The notes beneath the pieces were generated by a model, which was given only the letters and a program-made list of their open reading frames with translations, did not search any database and was not told where the DNA came from. The position numbers and the translations under genes were made by a program. A stretch of 63,587 bases of DNA, filler included, from Octopus bimaculoides (taxonomy: Eukaryota), in the NCBI RefSeq assembly GCF_001194135.2. It is 6 parts of 6 records of this genome, joined end to end, with 100 filler letters (N's around TTAATTAATTAA, not from the genome) between each part and the next. Parts side by side here need not be neighbours in the genome. Positions count along the whole stretch, not along the records: positions 1 to 26,447 come from NC_068981.1; 5 more parts are not named here. One strand, given 5' to 3'. Shown one piece after another: positions 12,804 through 26,316 of the stretch; within the stretch, counting starts at the first letter, position 1, and every line of letters starts with the position of its first letter.

Positions 12804-13894
12804 TATATATACATATACATATTCTATGCCAATCACAAATCCTCCTTCCAACATAGGAACAAAGGTGAAGCTACGAAGTTGGACTTTGAAAGATAACGAA
12901 ACACCGCATGTGATTAAATGGGAATTGAGACACTTTATATGAAGCGCAGATCCTGTTCATATCTAAGATCGATATTCTCTATTGAAAGCTAAGTCAGAAA
13001 TTTTCAGTGGTTGCATACATATGTATAAATACATTTTGGAGAATTGGAAATTACTCCCTATTCCTGACTGACTTGATGTCTTTCCAGCTTTATCATTTAA
13101 GGTCTGGGGACGATAGCTCTTTTACCTTTTTACTTTTCATTTTTTACATTTTAGTTTCTGATTTTCGTTTTCCATTTTTAATTTTCTGTTGTTTACTGTC
13201 TGCATTTTATGTATGCTACTTTTTCAATTTTTTTTGGCGTTTCTTCTTTTATTCAATTTCGTTAGTTCGTTATCATATCTGATTTGTGCCTGAAGAATAT
13301 ATGAAACTATTAGTAGCACTTTAATACATGTATTGTGAACTTTAAATAAATAACACACACACACGCATACATATAATTGATTCGAGAAAGAAGATTGATT
13401 AGACATTCTCTCACAATATAGAGATTTTGACTTAGAAGTGCTCAAGAGTAACTTGGACGAAATATATTAATTTGTAATGCGAAGAAACAAAATCCGCAGA
13501 CATGATTCCGATTAGAAATGGATTTAAAAGTACACGATAGGTTAAAAATATATATATACACAGACATTTTTATTAAAAAAATCTGTAAGTAAATAAATAT
13601 ATTTAAAAATATATATGTCTACATTAATGCATTTTAAAATCTCCGAATGTAGATTTTAAAAAGTTAAAACATGCTTGTATAGGTAAAAACATTCGAGAAA
13701 GTCTGAAGTGGTGATGCAAGTGAACTAAAAGATGCAATGAGGAGGGAAGTTGAAATTCGAGATACTTAAAGTAGGGTACCAACAGCCGTTTCTGGGGGTT
13801 CATTGCGGGGAAAAAATAACGGTATATAATACCCATTATTTGGCTATCCTTCCTTTTTCAGGCAAGGGATTTTCCGGGTTGACAATTACGAATG

Positions 13895-13966
<72 letters not shown>

Positions 13967-15135
13967 NNNNNNNNNNNNNNNNNNNNNNNNATATATATAT
14001 ATATATATACATATATGTTTGTGTGTGTATGTATAATCATGCATAACAGTTTATTGAAACTGAAACTGTAGGTTTATCACGCCACTCGAGATTTAGTGAT
14101 CCCAAAGAGAGAAATCCGTGTAGCTAGATAATTCACGTTAAGAAACACTTCCGTCTACGACATATACTAATCACTCGTATCTCCTTCATGCAACCAGCAT
14201 AAAGAAACGTATGCGCCTCTCTCTCGATATAAACATACACAAACAGATGCATTCACACTCACACACGCATATGTGTATGTGTGTGCTTCTGTATGTATGC
14301 ATGTATATTGGGACACGCGCACTCTTCTGCACTGTTTAGGCATAACACCTTTACATACAAGCTGGGAAATATGCTTAATATTACCTCTTAAAATATTTAT
14401 TTCACTTATAAAACGTATCTTTACTCCCATAGGCACATCAAGGAATATCATCAAAGCAATACATTAATCCAACCTCTCTGATATATTTATGAATTGACTG
14501 CAACGTTTTACGTTTGACGTTAATTGCCCACGATACGACTAAAATATATTGTTTAATATGATATAGGTAATAGCAATATGCACAAATGATAAACCACATA
14601 TATCTTCACAATTTTCCATAATATCTCTGACCACTAATATTTATACGATGAAATCCATCCACTTATTGATATTGTCAAATGTAATTTGAATAAAATGTTA
14701 ATATATAAAATTAATCGTCAGCTACCATTAACTAAGTAAACATATAACGAATTCATACCAGATCAACGATATTAACAAAAATATTAAAAAAAAAAGAAGA
14801 AATGAAAGGCTTTGGTATATATATATGAATTTTATGATATACATTTTGCTGTGTATCTTATAAACTCTAGTAAATGGTTGTATTACGGATTCCACATCAA
14901 AGCAAATTCTGATATTCAAATATCAATCATAAGTCTCTGAATGAATTCAGACAAACGGAGAAAGTGTAAATGGTAATGTATTTAGTGTGTGTCTATCCAA
15001 GCACGAAACCCGTGTGGTACACTTACTCTGTTCAAGAGGTGCGTTTAGTGGAACCGATACCGTTGCAAGCAATTGATCTAAGGACCATCTCATTCTTCCT
15101 AAAATTCTGAGAAATCCGGTATATGAAAATGTGTG

Positions 15136-15137
<2 letters not shown>

Positions 15138-15225
<88 letters not shown>

Positions 15226-15438
15226 GTACCTATCCGTGTGTCTTTCTATTTGTTTCTACCTGTTAGTCTACATATATCTATCTCGTTCACTTTATTACTA
15301 ACACACACACGCACAAATGAATATACAAGCATGTATACATGCGTCTGCCAATTGTCTGACCTACCTAACTGCTTTCCTATCTGCATCAATGCATTCATCC
15401 GTCTATCTATCTACCTATCTATCTATCTATCTATCTAC

Positions 15439-15522
<84 letters not shown>
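15138..15522. repeat. Compound (TC)n/(TATC)n microsatellite
   Basis: Direct reading. Confidence 0.95.
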
Positions 15523-15523
<1 letters not shown>

Positions 15524-16629
15524 ATGATCATCGATGCACTGAAAAACCCTCCACTTATTGATATTGGGATGACAAATTTTGATAGTTCTCTGATAAATGA
15601 GAGGCTGGCCGGTGTCAGGTGAAATGTCGCTTGGCATTAACATGTCCTCCATACACTGTATCTGAATAGAAAGAAGACCATGAAGGTTCCACCTGGAATA
15701 GGTGTCGGCAATCAAGCATAACCTAGCACTGAACAGTAAATATAATAGTTATCAGTTATTTAACACTGGTATAATTAAGGTAAATCTCCTTTTAGTACAG
15801 TTTTCTACGTCATAAAGTCTTCACTCTCTCTTTCCCATTTATATTCATGCAAACACACACCCAGATATTCTTACGTGTGTACGTATGTTTTGTGTGTGCG
15901 TGCGTGAATGAGTGTGTGCATCTATATGTGTGTGTCTGTGTGTGTGTTTGTGTGTGCGTGTGTTTGTGTAAGTGTGTGTGTGGGGAGGAGCAGTTTCCAC
16001 ATCTATTTCTGCAACTTTTTGTGTTTCTCTATTCTTTATTCCCCACTCTCTATAAAGATTTTGTTTCCGTTGCAATTCTATCCATACATAAAAATGTATC
16101 GCCTTTACCGAAAAGAAGAAAAAAAATTGGTGCCAGTGAGATAAAGTTAATAACAACAACAAAAACAGGAAAAAAAAGTAAACAAAAACATAACAATAGA
16201 CTGCCCATACCAGATAAGCCATATCAGGAAGTAATTGATTTCCAGAGTAGTAGGAGATTGTCAACATAAATATCGAAAATATTCTCGATAAGTCTTCAGA
16301 AAATAATTTGAGATTTATTTCTTTTGGGAATCGTTGCTTTGATAATGAGGCGAGTGTTATCGCAATTTGTGATACTATATAGAGAAAAGATTGGAAAGAA
16401 ATATCCTAATGCTTGCTCAAAACCATTCAAAAGACGATCGCTATTGGTTGATGTGTATAAGGTTACGGATGAATGTTTAGTTTTCAATAATAGAAATATA
16501 AGCGGGTTCCATCAAATAAAAATTCATAAATAAAGGAGAAAATGCAATATTATTGAAATTTATTATTGTAACTATGAATGCTGATATTTCCAATGAATCT
16601 GATGGACTTATTTATTTATAGCTAGAAGT

Positions 16630-16800
16630 AGGTGAGTGGTACGGATTTTGCTTTCAAACCTCATCGTTCCTGTTTCAGTCCCATTGCACGGTGCTTTGAA
16701 CAAGTGTCTTCTGCTGTAAGTCTGGGCCAACCAGAGACTCGTGAGTGGTGGTGGCAGGCAGAAACTGAACAGCGGCCCATCATATAGGAGGTATAAACAG
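16630..16800 (+). mobile_element. CORE-type SINE, partial
   Basis: CAGTCCCATTGCACGG-TGCTTTGAACAAGTGTCTTCT-GGGCCAACCAGAGACTCGTGAGTGG-CAGAAACTGAA matches the reverse complement of 55596-55751. Confidence 0.7.
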
Positions 16801-16814
16801 TAGCCGCACGACAT

Positions 16815-17096
16815 TGTGATGTATATTTGTCACCTAAATGTGGCTAAACCTTAAAGATTGAAGCTACTGTAGCTTGTAGCTACAGGACGGCATCTACTGA
16901 CACACTATCTCTGCCCTATCAGTATTTGCAAAGGGAAGTCATCGTTCCCATCCCCAGCCTGACGTGAAACACACGGATCCGAGTTATTGGGTATTGGCCC
17001 GTGATCAGAGTGTGATAAACACAGATAGGAGCTACGAGCTACAATAGCATCAACCCTTAAGGATTAGCCACATTTAGGTGGCAAATATACTTCACA
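16815..17096. mobile_element. MITE / non-autonomous DNA transposon, 282 bp, TGT..ACA termini
   Basis: About 67-bp imperfect TIRs (TGTGATGTATATTTGTCACCTAAATGTGGCTAA... versus reverse complement of ...TTAGCCACATTTAGGTGGCAAATATACTTCACA); flanks ACAT / ATAT; no ORF. Confidence 0.88.
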
Positions 17097-17463
17097 ATAT
17101 ATATATATATATATATATATANNNNNNNNNNNNNNNNNNNNNNNNNNNNNNNNNNNNNNNNNNNNNNNNNNNNNNNNNNNNNNNNNNNNNNNNNNNNNNN
17201 NNNNNNNNNNNNNNNNNNNNNNNNNNNNNNNNNNNNNNNNNNNNNNNNNNNNNNNNNNNNNNNNNNNNNNNNNNNNNNNNNNNNNNNNNNNNNNNNNNNN
17301 NNNNNNNNNNNNNNNNNNNNNNNNNNNNNNNNNNNNNNNNNNNNNNNNNNNNNNNNNNNNNNNNNNNNNNNNNNNNNNNNNNNNNNNNNNNNNNNNNNNN
17401 NNNNNNNNNNNNNNNNNNNNNNNNNNNNNNNNNNNNNNNNNNNNNNNNNNNNNNNNNNNNNNN

Positions 17464-17697
17464 NGCCCAGTAGTTAGAGCAGCGGACTCGCGGTCGTGTG
17501 ATTGCGGTTTCGATTCCCAGACCGGGCGTTGTGAATATTTATTGAGCGAAAACACCTGTACCTCCTCGAAGCTACGACAGTGGGTGTTGGTGAACCCTGC
17601 TGCACTCTTTCACCACAACTTTCTCTCGCTGTTTCTTCCTGTTTCTGTTGCACCTGTATTTCAAAGGATCAGCTTTGTCATATTCTGTGTCACGCTG
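17464..17697 (+). mobile_element. tRNA-derived SINE (family of 60859), 3'-truncated
   Basis: Aligns to 60873-61105; ends at CACGCTG where hAT-like sequence begins. Confidence 0.88.
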
Positions 17698-18500
17698 TCA
17701 CGGGGAATGACACAAACTTTGTCAAGGTATTTATGCAGTCTTGTAAAAAGTTGAACTCTTGCCAGATATTCCTGGGGCTGCTGCCAATCCGTACGTGGAA
17801 GACGTGTAAAATTTGGACCTGGACGTGGATCCCGAGTCTAGTACATCTCTTTAGATGCTGTCCTTGACGTGTCCAGCGGCTTGGGCCTCAACCTGCCAGT
17901 GCACATGAAGTGCGCAGCTCATACTTTCCAATTGTTGGCCAGCATGCTTGCTGACAAGGGTCTTGACAGCGCTTCGTTCAAATCGGAATGCCATGTCCAA
18001 GGCACGGCAGCTGTGCAAGCTGCAGCACGGGGGCGGCAGACTGGACGCGTTGAAGTGGAGGCTGGAGTTCTCCAAAAATTACCAGATGAAACTCTACCTA
18101 TGACTCTGTTGTTGTCCTCAACAACCTTCTGGAGAAGAATAAGGGAGCTGTCCACAGGGTGAGGATACAGCTGAAGTTGCAGACCTTCACTGATTCTGTT
18201 GTCGGCTTCCTGACAGATTACACCAACGTGATATCTAATGTTAGTAAGAACTTGCATAACATTCAGGGAGAGGACAATTCTCATTTCAGGAGCCATCTGC
18301 CAACTGTAGCAGTTACCATCATGAAGTTGAAGAAAGCCAAGTTCAAACATCTCCTGTACTGCAGTCCTCTGGAAGATGCGATACTGGGAGGCATCACGAT
18401 TAGATTTGCGCTCATCCTAGAACAACTGGAGTACTCGCTGGCTGTTGCCTACCACCCCAAATTTCGCCAGTTCTGACTGGAACATTGCAATTGCCTTCAT
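17697..18500 (+). pseudogene. Decayed hAT-superfamily transposase fragment
   Basis: Ordered hAT motifs across frameshifts and stops: VTGNDTNFVKVF (TDNG.NFVKAF), acidic stretch, HMKCAAHTFQL (CxxH..QL), TR*S (TRWNS), IQGED..SHLPT (LQGE..LLP), LAVAYHPKFR (LA..LHPKF). Confidence 0.82.
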
Positions 18501-18602
18501 CGTATAGTTGACGTTACCTGGCTTAGTAGTTTTCTTCTTGTCGATGTACCTGAAAGAGATCCGTGGCTGGCATAATTATTGTTAGCATCAATTTCACATA
18601 CT

Positions 18603-18650
<48 letters not shown>

Positions 18651-20293
18651 NNNNNNNNNNNNNNNNNNNNNNNNNNNNNNNNNNNNNNNNNNNNNNNNNN
18701 NNNNNNNNNNNNNNNNNNNNNNNNNNNNNNNNNNNNNNNNNNNNNNNNNNNNNNNNNNNNNNNNNNNNNNNNNNNNNNNNNNNNNNNNNNNNNNNNNNNN
18801 NNNNNNNNNNNNNNNNNNNNNNNNNNNNNNNNNNNNNNNNNNNNNNNNNNNNNNNNNNNNNNNNNNNNNNNNNNNNNNNNNNNNNNNNNNNNNNNNNNNN
18901 NNNNNNNNNNNNNNNNNNNNNNNNNNNNNNNNNNNNNNNNNNNNNNNNNNNNNNNNNNNNNNNNNNNNNNNNNNNNNNNNNNNNNNNNNNNNNNNNNNNN
19001 NNNNNNNNNNNNNNNNNNNNNNNNNNNNNNNNNNNNNNNNNNNNNNNNNNNNNNNNNNNNNNNNNNNNNNNNNNNNNNNNNNNNNNNNNNNNNNNNNNNN
19101 NNNNNNNNNNNNNNNNNNNNNNNNNNNNNNNNNNNNNNNNNNNNNNNNNNNNNNNNNNNNNNNNNNNNNNNNNNNNNNNNNNNNNNNNNNNNNNNNNNNN
19201 NNNNNNNNNNNNNNNNNNNNNNNNNNNNNNNNNNNNNNNNNNNNNNNNNNNNNNNNNNNNNNNNNNNNNNNNNNNNNNNNNNNNNNNNNNNNNNNNNNNN
19301 NNNNNNNNNNNNNNNNNNNNNNNNNNNNNNNNNNNNNNNNNNNNNNNNNNNNNNNNNNNNNNNNNNNNNNNNNNNNNNNNNNNNNNNNNNNNNNNNNNNN
19401 NNNNNNNNNNNNNNNNNNNNNNNNNNNNNNNNNNNNNNNNNNNNNNNNNNNNNNNNNNNNNNNNNNNNNNNNNNNNNNNNNNNNNNNNNNNNNNNNNNNN
19501 NNNNNNNNNNNNNNNNNNNNNNNNNNNNNNNNNNNNNNATATATACATACATACATACATACCCACAAGTATTAATGTTTTTAAGGATAGTTAATAACAA
19601 AACCAATTTTTCATTAACCGGAAGGATTACACCATATATTTGCTGAGAACAAATTTATTATTCTCTAAGAAAAATATTGTTCACAGTGACTTCAAAATTT
19701 AGGCTAGCTAAGCCATCATCGGATTGTAATGCTTTCAGTTAATCTTCGCTCAGTGTTGTATCCGTTGAGATCAATTTTTGTAGGTCTGTAGGATTCCGTT
19801 GAAGCGCATTACAGGATGGTTTGTGGTGGAGCGGTGTTGTCGAGAAATTCTTATGATTAAATTCGGGGTGATGCGGGTGTTCAGAATGTTTACTTGCGTG
19901 TAGAACTTTGTAAACATATTTAGGCGTATATTTAGGTGTGACAGTTTTAGGTCATTGTTTTTTAGTAGTTCACACAAAGGAAGTAGGAATAGAAACTTTT
20001 AGGTCAGAAGATGGGACATTAGTTAGTTTTAGTTAGTATTGGCTGTATTGAATTCAATCCTTTGCTTTGGCAAACTATAGATCACATTTCAAAGCTTCCC
20101 TCCCTCTCTCTCTTCCTTTTTCTTTTTCTCTCTCACTCTCTTTTTCTGTGTATAGTATGTTGTAGCATGGACATCTAGATTTACTTAAGGAGACGCAATT
20201 AAATATCACCCGTTGAGATACATAGGGATCTTCTCATACAGGTAAATCGTTACATAATTTTATTTAAATTTAACTTTAAATCCTGTATATAAG

Positions 20294-20889
20294 TGGATCC
20301 GTATGTATCAAAACATTTATAGTGATTATTAAAAAGCTGCCTATCCGTTCTTACTCTTCCTTTTTTCTATTTTACTTTATACTTTATATATATATATATA
20401 TATATATATGCATGTAAGCATGTATGCATTTATGCAGTTGGAAACACCAGAGGAGACAACTTCATAGGGAAATTATGATGATTTAATGACTGATGTCGAC
20501 AAATCTACGTAAGAGAATTTGCTTGTGGAGGTTTTATTTTGAACAAATAATTGTATTTATTGTATTAACGTTGAAGCGTTTACCAACCATAAATCTATTA
20601 CGACATTTCAGACATTACATTAAACATTGTTGAGGGGGAATACTAGAAACTTTGAGCTGAAATACAACATAAATGTTTATAATTTAAAATACTATACAAG
20701 GATTTCTTACTTTAGTTAATGTAATGTTATAGATAAAATGTTTAAAGATTGAAGCTATTCACATGTGTTAGTCCTATTTTTATGTTTTTATGAGTTAAAA
20801 TGTGAAAACCATCTAATCCAACATGCAAGCATACGTACATATATACGTACATGCTTACAAACACACAAATATACATATACATACATACA

Positions 20890-20935
<46 letters not shown>

Positions 20936-21195
20936 GGAATTAATCCAAAACTTACAGGGAAAACTTCAATTTAGCAAAACTAAATCAAATTTCCCAATAT
21001 AAAAAAAATATATATAAAATAGAGAAAAACCACTATTAAACAATTCAATAATTAAGGATGTAATTCATACTTTCTAGAAAATAGTTATATCATAAAAACC
21101 TTATTCTATATATACATGGATCCGTATGCATTGATACATTTGTAGTGATTATTAAAAAGTTGCCTATCTGTTCTTACTCTTCCTTTTGCTTCATT
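20294..21195. repeat. Diverged direct repeat, copies about 20294-20370 and 21117-21195
   Basis: TGGATCCGTATG...AGTGATTATTAAAAAG.TGCCTATC.GTTCTTACTCTTCCTTTT occurs twice, offset 823 bp. Confidence 0.85.
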
Positions 21196-21298
21196 TACCG
21201 TTTTCATTATATATATTTAAAATGTGTAGTCACTTTTAGAATAAGGTTTTATGATATATTTATTTTCTAGTGGTTATGAATTACATTCTTCATTATTG
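21046..21298. repeat. Imperfect inverted repeat (21046-21108 / 21237-21298)
   Basis: CAATAATTAAGGATGTAATTCATA...TATCATAAAAACCTTATTCTA is the reverse complement of TAGAATAAGGTTTTATGATA...TATGAATTACATTCTTCATTATTG. Confidence 0.85.
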
Positions 21299-21720
21299 AA
21301 CAAAAACGATTCACTAAATATTATATGTTACTTATAATGCGTAAGTAGTGTCAATATTTTATCGTCGGAAAATGGATTAACGCAAACAAAATCCAGTACA
21401 GTATACCCAAATCTGATTAATCTCCATTTTGCAAGAGACAACAGTCGGCCGTGGAAATTCGAGGAGCCTGATTAACCTTGTTGAACATTTAGAGGAATGC
21501 GACCGGATACTCTTCAAGTTACGGGCCTTAACTCAGCAAATATGCTCAAAACTGCGCTTTATCTGACCCTGGGCTTATATTAGGGAAGAAGCTGAAACTT
21601 TGTTTGGCCCATGACACTCCATCGACCCTGTATTTTACATGTGTAATGCTTCATTCAAATCGGTTGGGTGGATCTCGAGATTCAACTACATGACAAACAC
21701 AAGCATACACACATCCTGTG

Positions 21721-21791
<71 letters not shown>

Positions 21792-22591
21792 TCATTCGTG
21801 TTTTATTGCTTTGAGCCTGAGGTTCAAGCCACGATTGGACACCGCCTTTCACTGTGATTATATATTCGCGTGTCTAGTTTGCTTATTTCCACAGTAGNNN
21901 NNNNNNNNNNNNNNNNNNNNNNNNNNNNNNNNNNNNNNNNNNNNNNNNNNNNNNNNNNNNNNNNNNNNNNNNNNNNNNNNNNNNNNNNNNNNNNNNNNNN
22001 NNNNNNNNNNNNNNNNNNNNNNNNNNNNNNNNNNNNNNNNNNNNNNNNNNNNNNNNNNNNNNNNNNNNNNNNNNNNNNNNNNNNNNNNNNNNNNNNNNNN
22101 NNNNNNNNNNNNNNNNNNNNNNNNNNNNNNNNNNNNNNNNNNNNNNNNNNNNNNNNNNNNNNNNNNNNNNNNNNNNNNNNNNNNNNNNNNNNNNNNNNNN
22201 NNNNNNNNNNNNNNNNNNNNNNNNNNNNNNNNNNNNNNNNNNNNNNNNNNNNNNNNNNNNNNNNNNNNNNNNNNNNNNNNNNNNNNNNNNNNNNNNNNNN
22301 NNNNNNNNNNNNNNNNNNNNNNNNNNNNNNNNNNNNNNNNNNNNNNNNNNNNNNNNNNNNNNNNNNNNNNNNNNNNNNNNNNNNNNNNNNNNNNNNNNNN
22401 NNNATATATATATATATATATACCTCTATAGAGAAAGAGAGAGAAAGAGAAAGAAAGAAAGTGTGAGAGAGGCATATCCGATACACAAAAAAAAAAAAAC
22501 AAGTGCAAGCCACAAAATTTATATACCAGTAAACAGTGAATACATTAGGTTGTCCCTTAGAGAAAGTTTTAGATAAAAAAAATCTGAGTAG

Positions 22592-22626
22592 CCATGACAT
22601 TCCGAGGTAGGCTCTTCGTCTGATAG
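22592..22626 (-). ncRNA. Degenerate minimal hammerhead-ribozyme-like motif
   Basis: CTAT-CAGACGA-A-GAG-CCTAC-CTC-GGAAT-GTC-ATGG: stems I and II pair; core deviates from consensus at two positions. Confidence 0.25.
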
Positions 22627-23332
22627 GGGAAAATGTCTATAGAGGAGGAAAAAACGTGAAGAGTCGATATCACGGAGAAAACTACCTATGCTGTTACATG
22701 ACCAAAAAATGACTGACCAGAAGCTGAAGAGAGAAGTGAAACAAGTGGCTGTGCACCAGCATGGCCACGAATCGGAAACTAAATGTATCATCATAATATG
22801 TGCAGGAATATTTTCTGATTAAAATTATAAACTATTTCAAAAAATACTATTTCAAAAACAAAACGGCATGGACATTTGCAGTGACATTTTCGTCTTCAAT
22901 TATACATACATGCATACATATATACATACATAGATGCATACATACATACATACATGCATGCGTGCATGCATGCATGCATTCATACATACATACATACATA
23001 AATGTATACATATGTGTGTGTGAAGGAGAGAAAGAGTGAGTGCTAGATTGACTTAGACATCGATCAAAAATTGAATTAAATGATTGAATTTTCATTAATA
23101 TATATAGAGACACAAGTTGTAATATACTTATTTCATAACCTTGTTGCTGGAGTAAAACTACCTGATCATAGGTATAGGTCTCCAAATGGGGAATAGAAAC
23201 CACATGCCCCCATACAAAATATATCTTTCTCTCACACACACACGCACGCACAGACAGACAGAAAGACATAACCACACACACAGAGACAGGCACTCACACA
23301 CGTACTCTTATGTTGATTGAAANNNNNNNNNN

Positions 23333-23368
<36 letters not shown>

Positions 23369-24926
23369 AAATATATATATACAGGTATATACAAATATAT
23401 ATATACATATGTTATATACGTATATATATATATATATGTAAATATATATATATACAGGTATATACAAATATATATATACATGTTATATACGTATATATAT
23501 ATATATATATATGTATATGCGTACATATATATGCATGTATAAATAAACATATATATATATACATGTGTGTGTGCGTGTGTGTGAGTGTGTGAGTGTGTGT
23601 AAGGAAAATAAGACAAGGTAGAAAAGGCTAGTAAAATATGACAAACAATTAAAATGTGGAAAAAGGAAATGAGATGTTTATTTAAAAAAAATATTATGTA
23701 TATATATATATATATATATATNNNNNNNNNNNNNNNNNNNNNNNNNNNNNNNNNNNNNNNNNNNNNNNNNNNNNNNNNNNNNNNNNNNNNNNNNNNNNNN
23801 NNNNNNNNNNNNNNNNNNNNNNNNNNNNNNNNNNNNNNNNNNNNNNNNNNNNNNNNNNNNNNNNNNNNNNNNNNNNNNNNNNNNNNNNNNNNNNNNNNNN
23901 NNNNNNNNNNNNNNNNNNNNNNNNNNNNNNNNNNNNNNNNNNNNNNNNNNNNNNNNNNNNNNNNNNNNNNNNNNNNNNNNNNNNNNNNNNNNNNNNNNNN
24001 NNNNNNNNNNNNNNNNNNNNNNNNNNNNNNNNNNNNNNNNNNNNNNNNNNNNNNNNNNNNNNNNNNNNNNNNNNNNNNNNNNNNNNNNNNNNNNNNNNNN
24101 NNNNNNNNNNNNNNNNNNNNNNNNNNNNNNNNNNNNNNNNNNNNNNNNNNNNNNNNNNNNNNNNNNNNNNNNNNNNNNNNNNNNNNNNNNNNNNNNNNNN
24201 NNNNNNNNNNNNNNNNNNNNNNNNNNNNNNNNNNNNNNNNNNNNNNNNNNNNNNNNNNNNNNNNNNNNNNNNNNNNNNNNNNNNNNNNNNNNNNNNNNNN
24301 NNNNNNNNNNNNNNNNNNNNNNNNNNNNNNNNNNNNNNNNNNNNNNNNNNNNNNNNNNNNNNNNNNNNNNNNNNNNNNNNNNNNNNNNNNNNNNNNNNNN
24401 NNNNNNNNNNNNNNNNNNNNNNNNNNNNNNNNNNNNNNNNNNNNNNNNNNNNNNNNNNNNNNNNNNNNNNNNNNNNNNNNNNNNNNNNNNNNNNNNNNNN
24501 NNNNNNNNNNNNNNNNNNNNNNNNNNNNNNNNNNNNNNNNNNNNNNNNNNNNNNNNNNNNNNNNNNNNNNNNNNNNNNNNNNNNNNNNNNNNNNNNNNNN
24601 NNNNNNNNNNNNNNNNNNNNNNNNNNNNNNNNNNNNNNNNNNNNNNNNNNNNNNNNNNNNNNNNNNNNNNNNNNNNNNNTACTGATTCTAAACTACAAAT
24701 TTTTCTCTAAACGGATGGCGATATTTATGGCACATATAGAATCAGTAGTTCTTTGACTGCTATTTCCAAATTTTCAGTATGTTGGAGAAGCAACTCAATG
24801 CTAATCCCTGTATATTTATGATGATAAATGGTTTTACCGATAAAGGTGTTTTCATACTGAACTACTTGGCAAAATTGTTAATTATTAATTCTATTATTAA
24901 TTGACGATTCCCTGCCCTTATTCTTG

Positions 24927-24958
<32 letters not shown>

Positions 24959-25474
24959 CATTTCTGTATAAACGTTTCGCACCAGTTCTCATGACAAATT
25001 TTGTCGCATGTATAGGTCATGTCCATTTAAACAGTTGGTTGTATATAAGTAACTCCCTTCAAACGTATTGAATGATACTTTCCTTTTCTCAGTCATTCGT
25101 GTATACTGGATTAAAATCGTGGTTCACGATTTTATTTCAGAATTTATCACAACTGTCCGACGAACGGGAACGTGAAACTCAGAGTAAAAGTTATATATGT
25201 GTATATGTGTGTGTGGGTGGGGTGGGGTGTATGTGTGTGTGTGTTAGTTTTGAGATATGTAGATATAAAGATGGATACAGACAAACATATAGATAGATAC
25301 CTGCGTGTGTACATCCGAGTTTGAGAAAGATAAAAAGAAATGTTTGCTCAAATCGCTCCTTCCTGTCTTAGATATTGATATATTAGTGAGTTTTAATATG
25401 TTGAGAATGGACAGCAGTTTATATTTCATGCATAAAGATGAAGATACTGAAAGAATAGGCCAGAAAAAATACCA

Positions 25475-25547
<73 letters not shown>

Positions 25548-25963
25548 AGTGTGTGTGTGTGTCAGTGTGCGTGTATTCATATATGTGTGTGTGGTATATA
25601 TATATATATTGTTTCTCCGTGTTTGTGTGTATGTGTATCTGTGTGCGTGTGAAAGTGTGCGTGTTTTTGTTTATGCTACCGGATCATCCTTCGAGGTGAT
25701 TAATAAGTAATCTACTTGAATTGTCAGGGACGTAAGAGCCGAAGGACATCTTAATATTTGATTGAAAACAGATCACATGAAGAAATTATATATTCAAAGA
25801 TGGTGCTTTCATTTATACTTTTTTAATCTCAGGCCTAAGCAGTTCCACACAAAATTGTACCTATACATACATATAAATGATTACAAACATACGTACATAG
25901 GTACAAGTAGATTGAAACAGAAAGACACAGTCACACTCATACACAAACACACACACAGACACA

Positions 25964-26006
<43 letters not shown>

Positions 26007-26205
26007 GCATTGTTTCACTGGTTTTAGTTAGTCCGCTGTTGCCAGGCTGAGTCATCATCGACGTCTTTGATTATATCGATCGCGATATATGAATAGTACT
26101 TGATTGCCCTTTGTCTTTCTCTCTCCCAGTACATATGTATATGTGTGTATATAATACACACACACACACGCACACACACCCACACGCACACACACACATG
26201 CGCAC

Positions 26206-26236
<31 letters not shown>

Positions 26237-26244
26237 TATATATA

Positions 26245-26316
26245 TGGGGTATATTCTATACCCCACATTGGGGTATATTCTATACCCCACATTGGGGTAT
26301 ATTCTATACCCCACAT
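26245..26316. repeat. Three perfect tandem copies of a 24-bp palindromic unit
   Basis: (TGGGGTATA-TTC-TATACCCCA-CAT)x3; each unit has a 9-bp stem; no spacers. Confidence 0.97.

Noticed and set aside
21590-21725. Helentron/DINE-like terminal signature (TTCATTCAAATCGGTTG..GACAAAC..TATATA)
   Set aside because: Resemblance from memory only; no subterminal inverted repeat could be confirmed.
26245-26316. CRISPR-like palindromic repeats
   Set aside because: No spacers, no cas genes, eukaryotic context; kept only as a tandem repeat.
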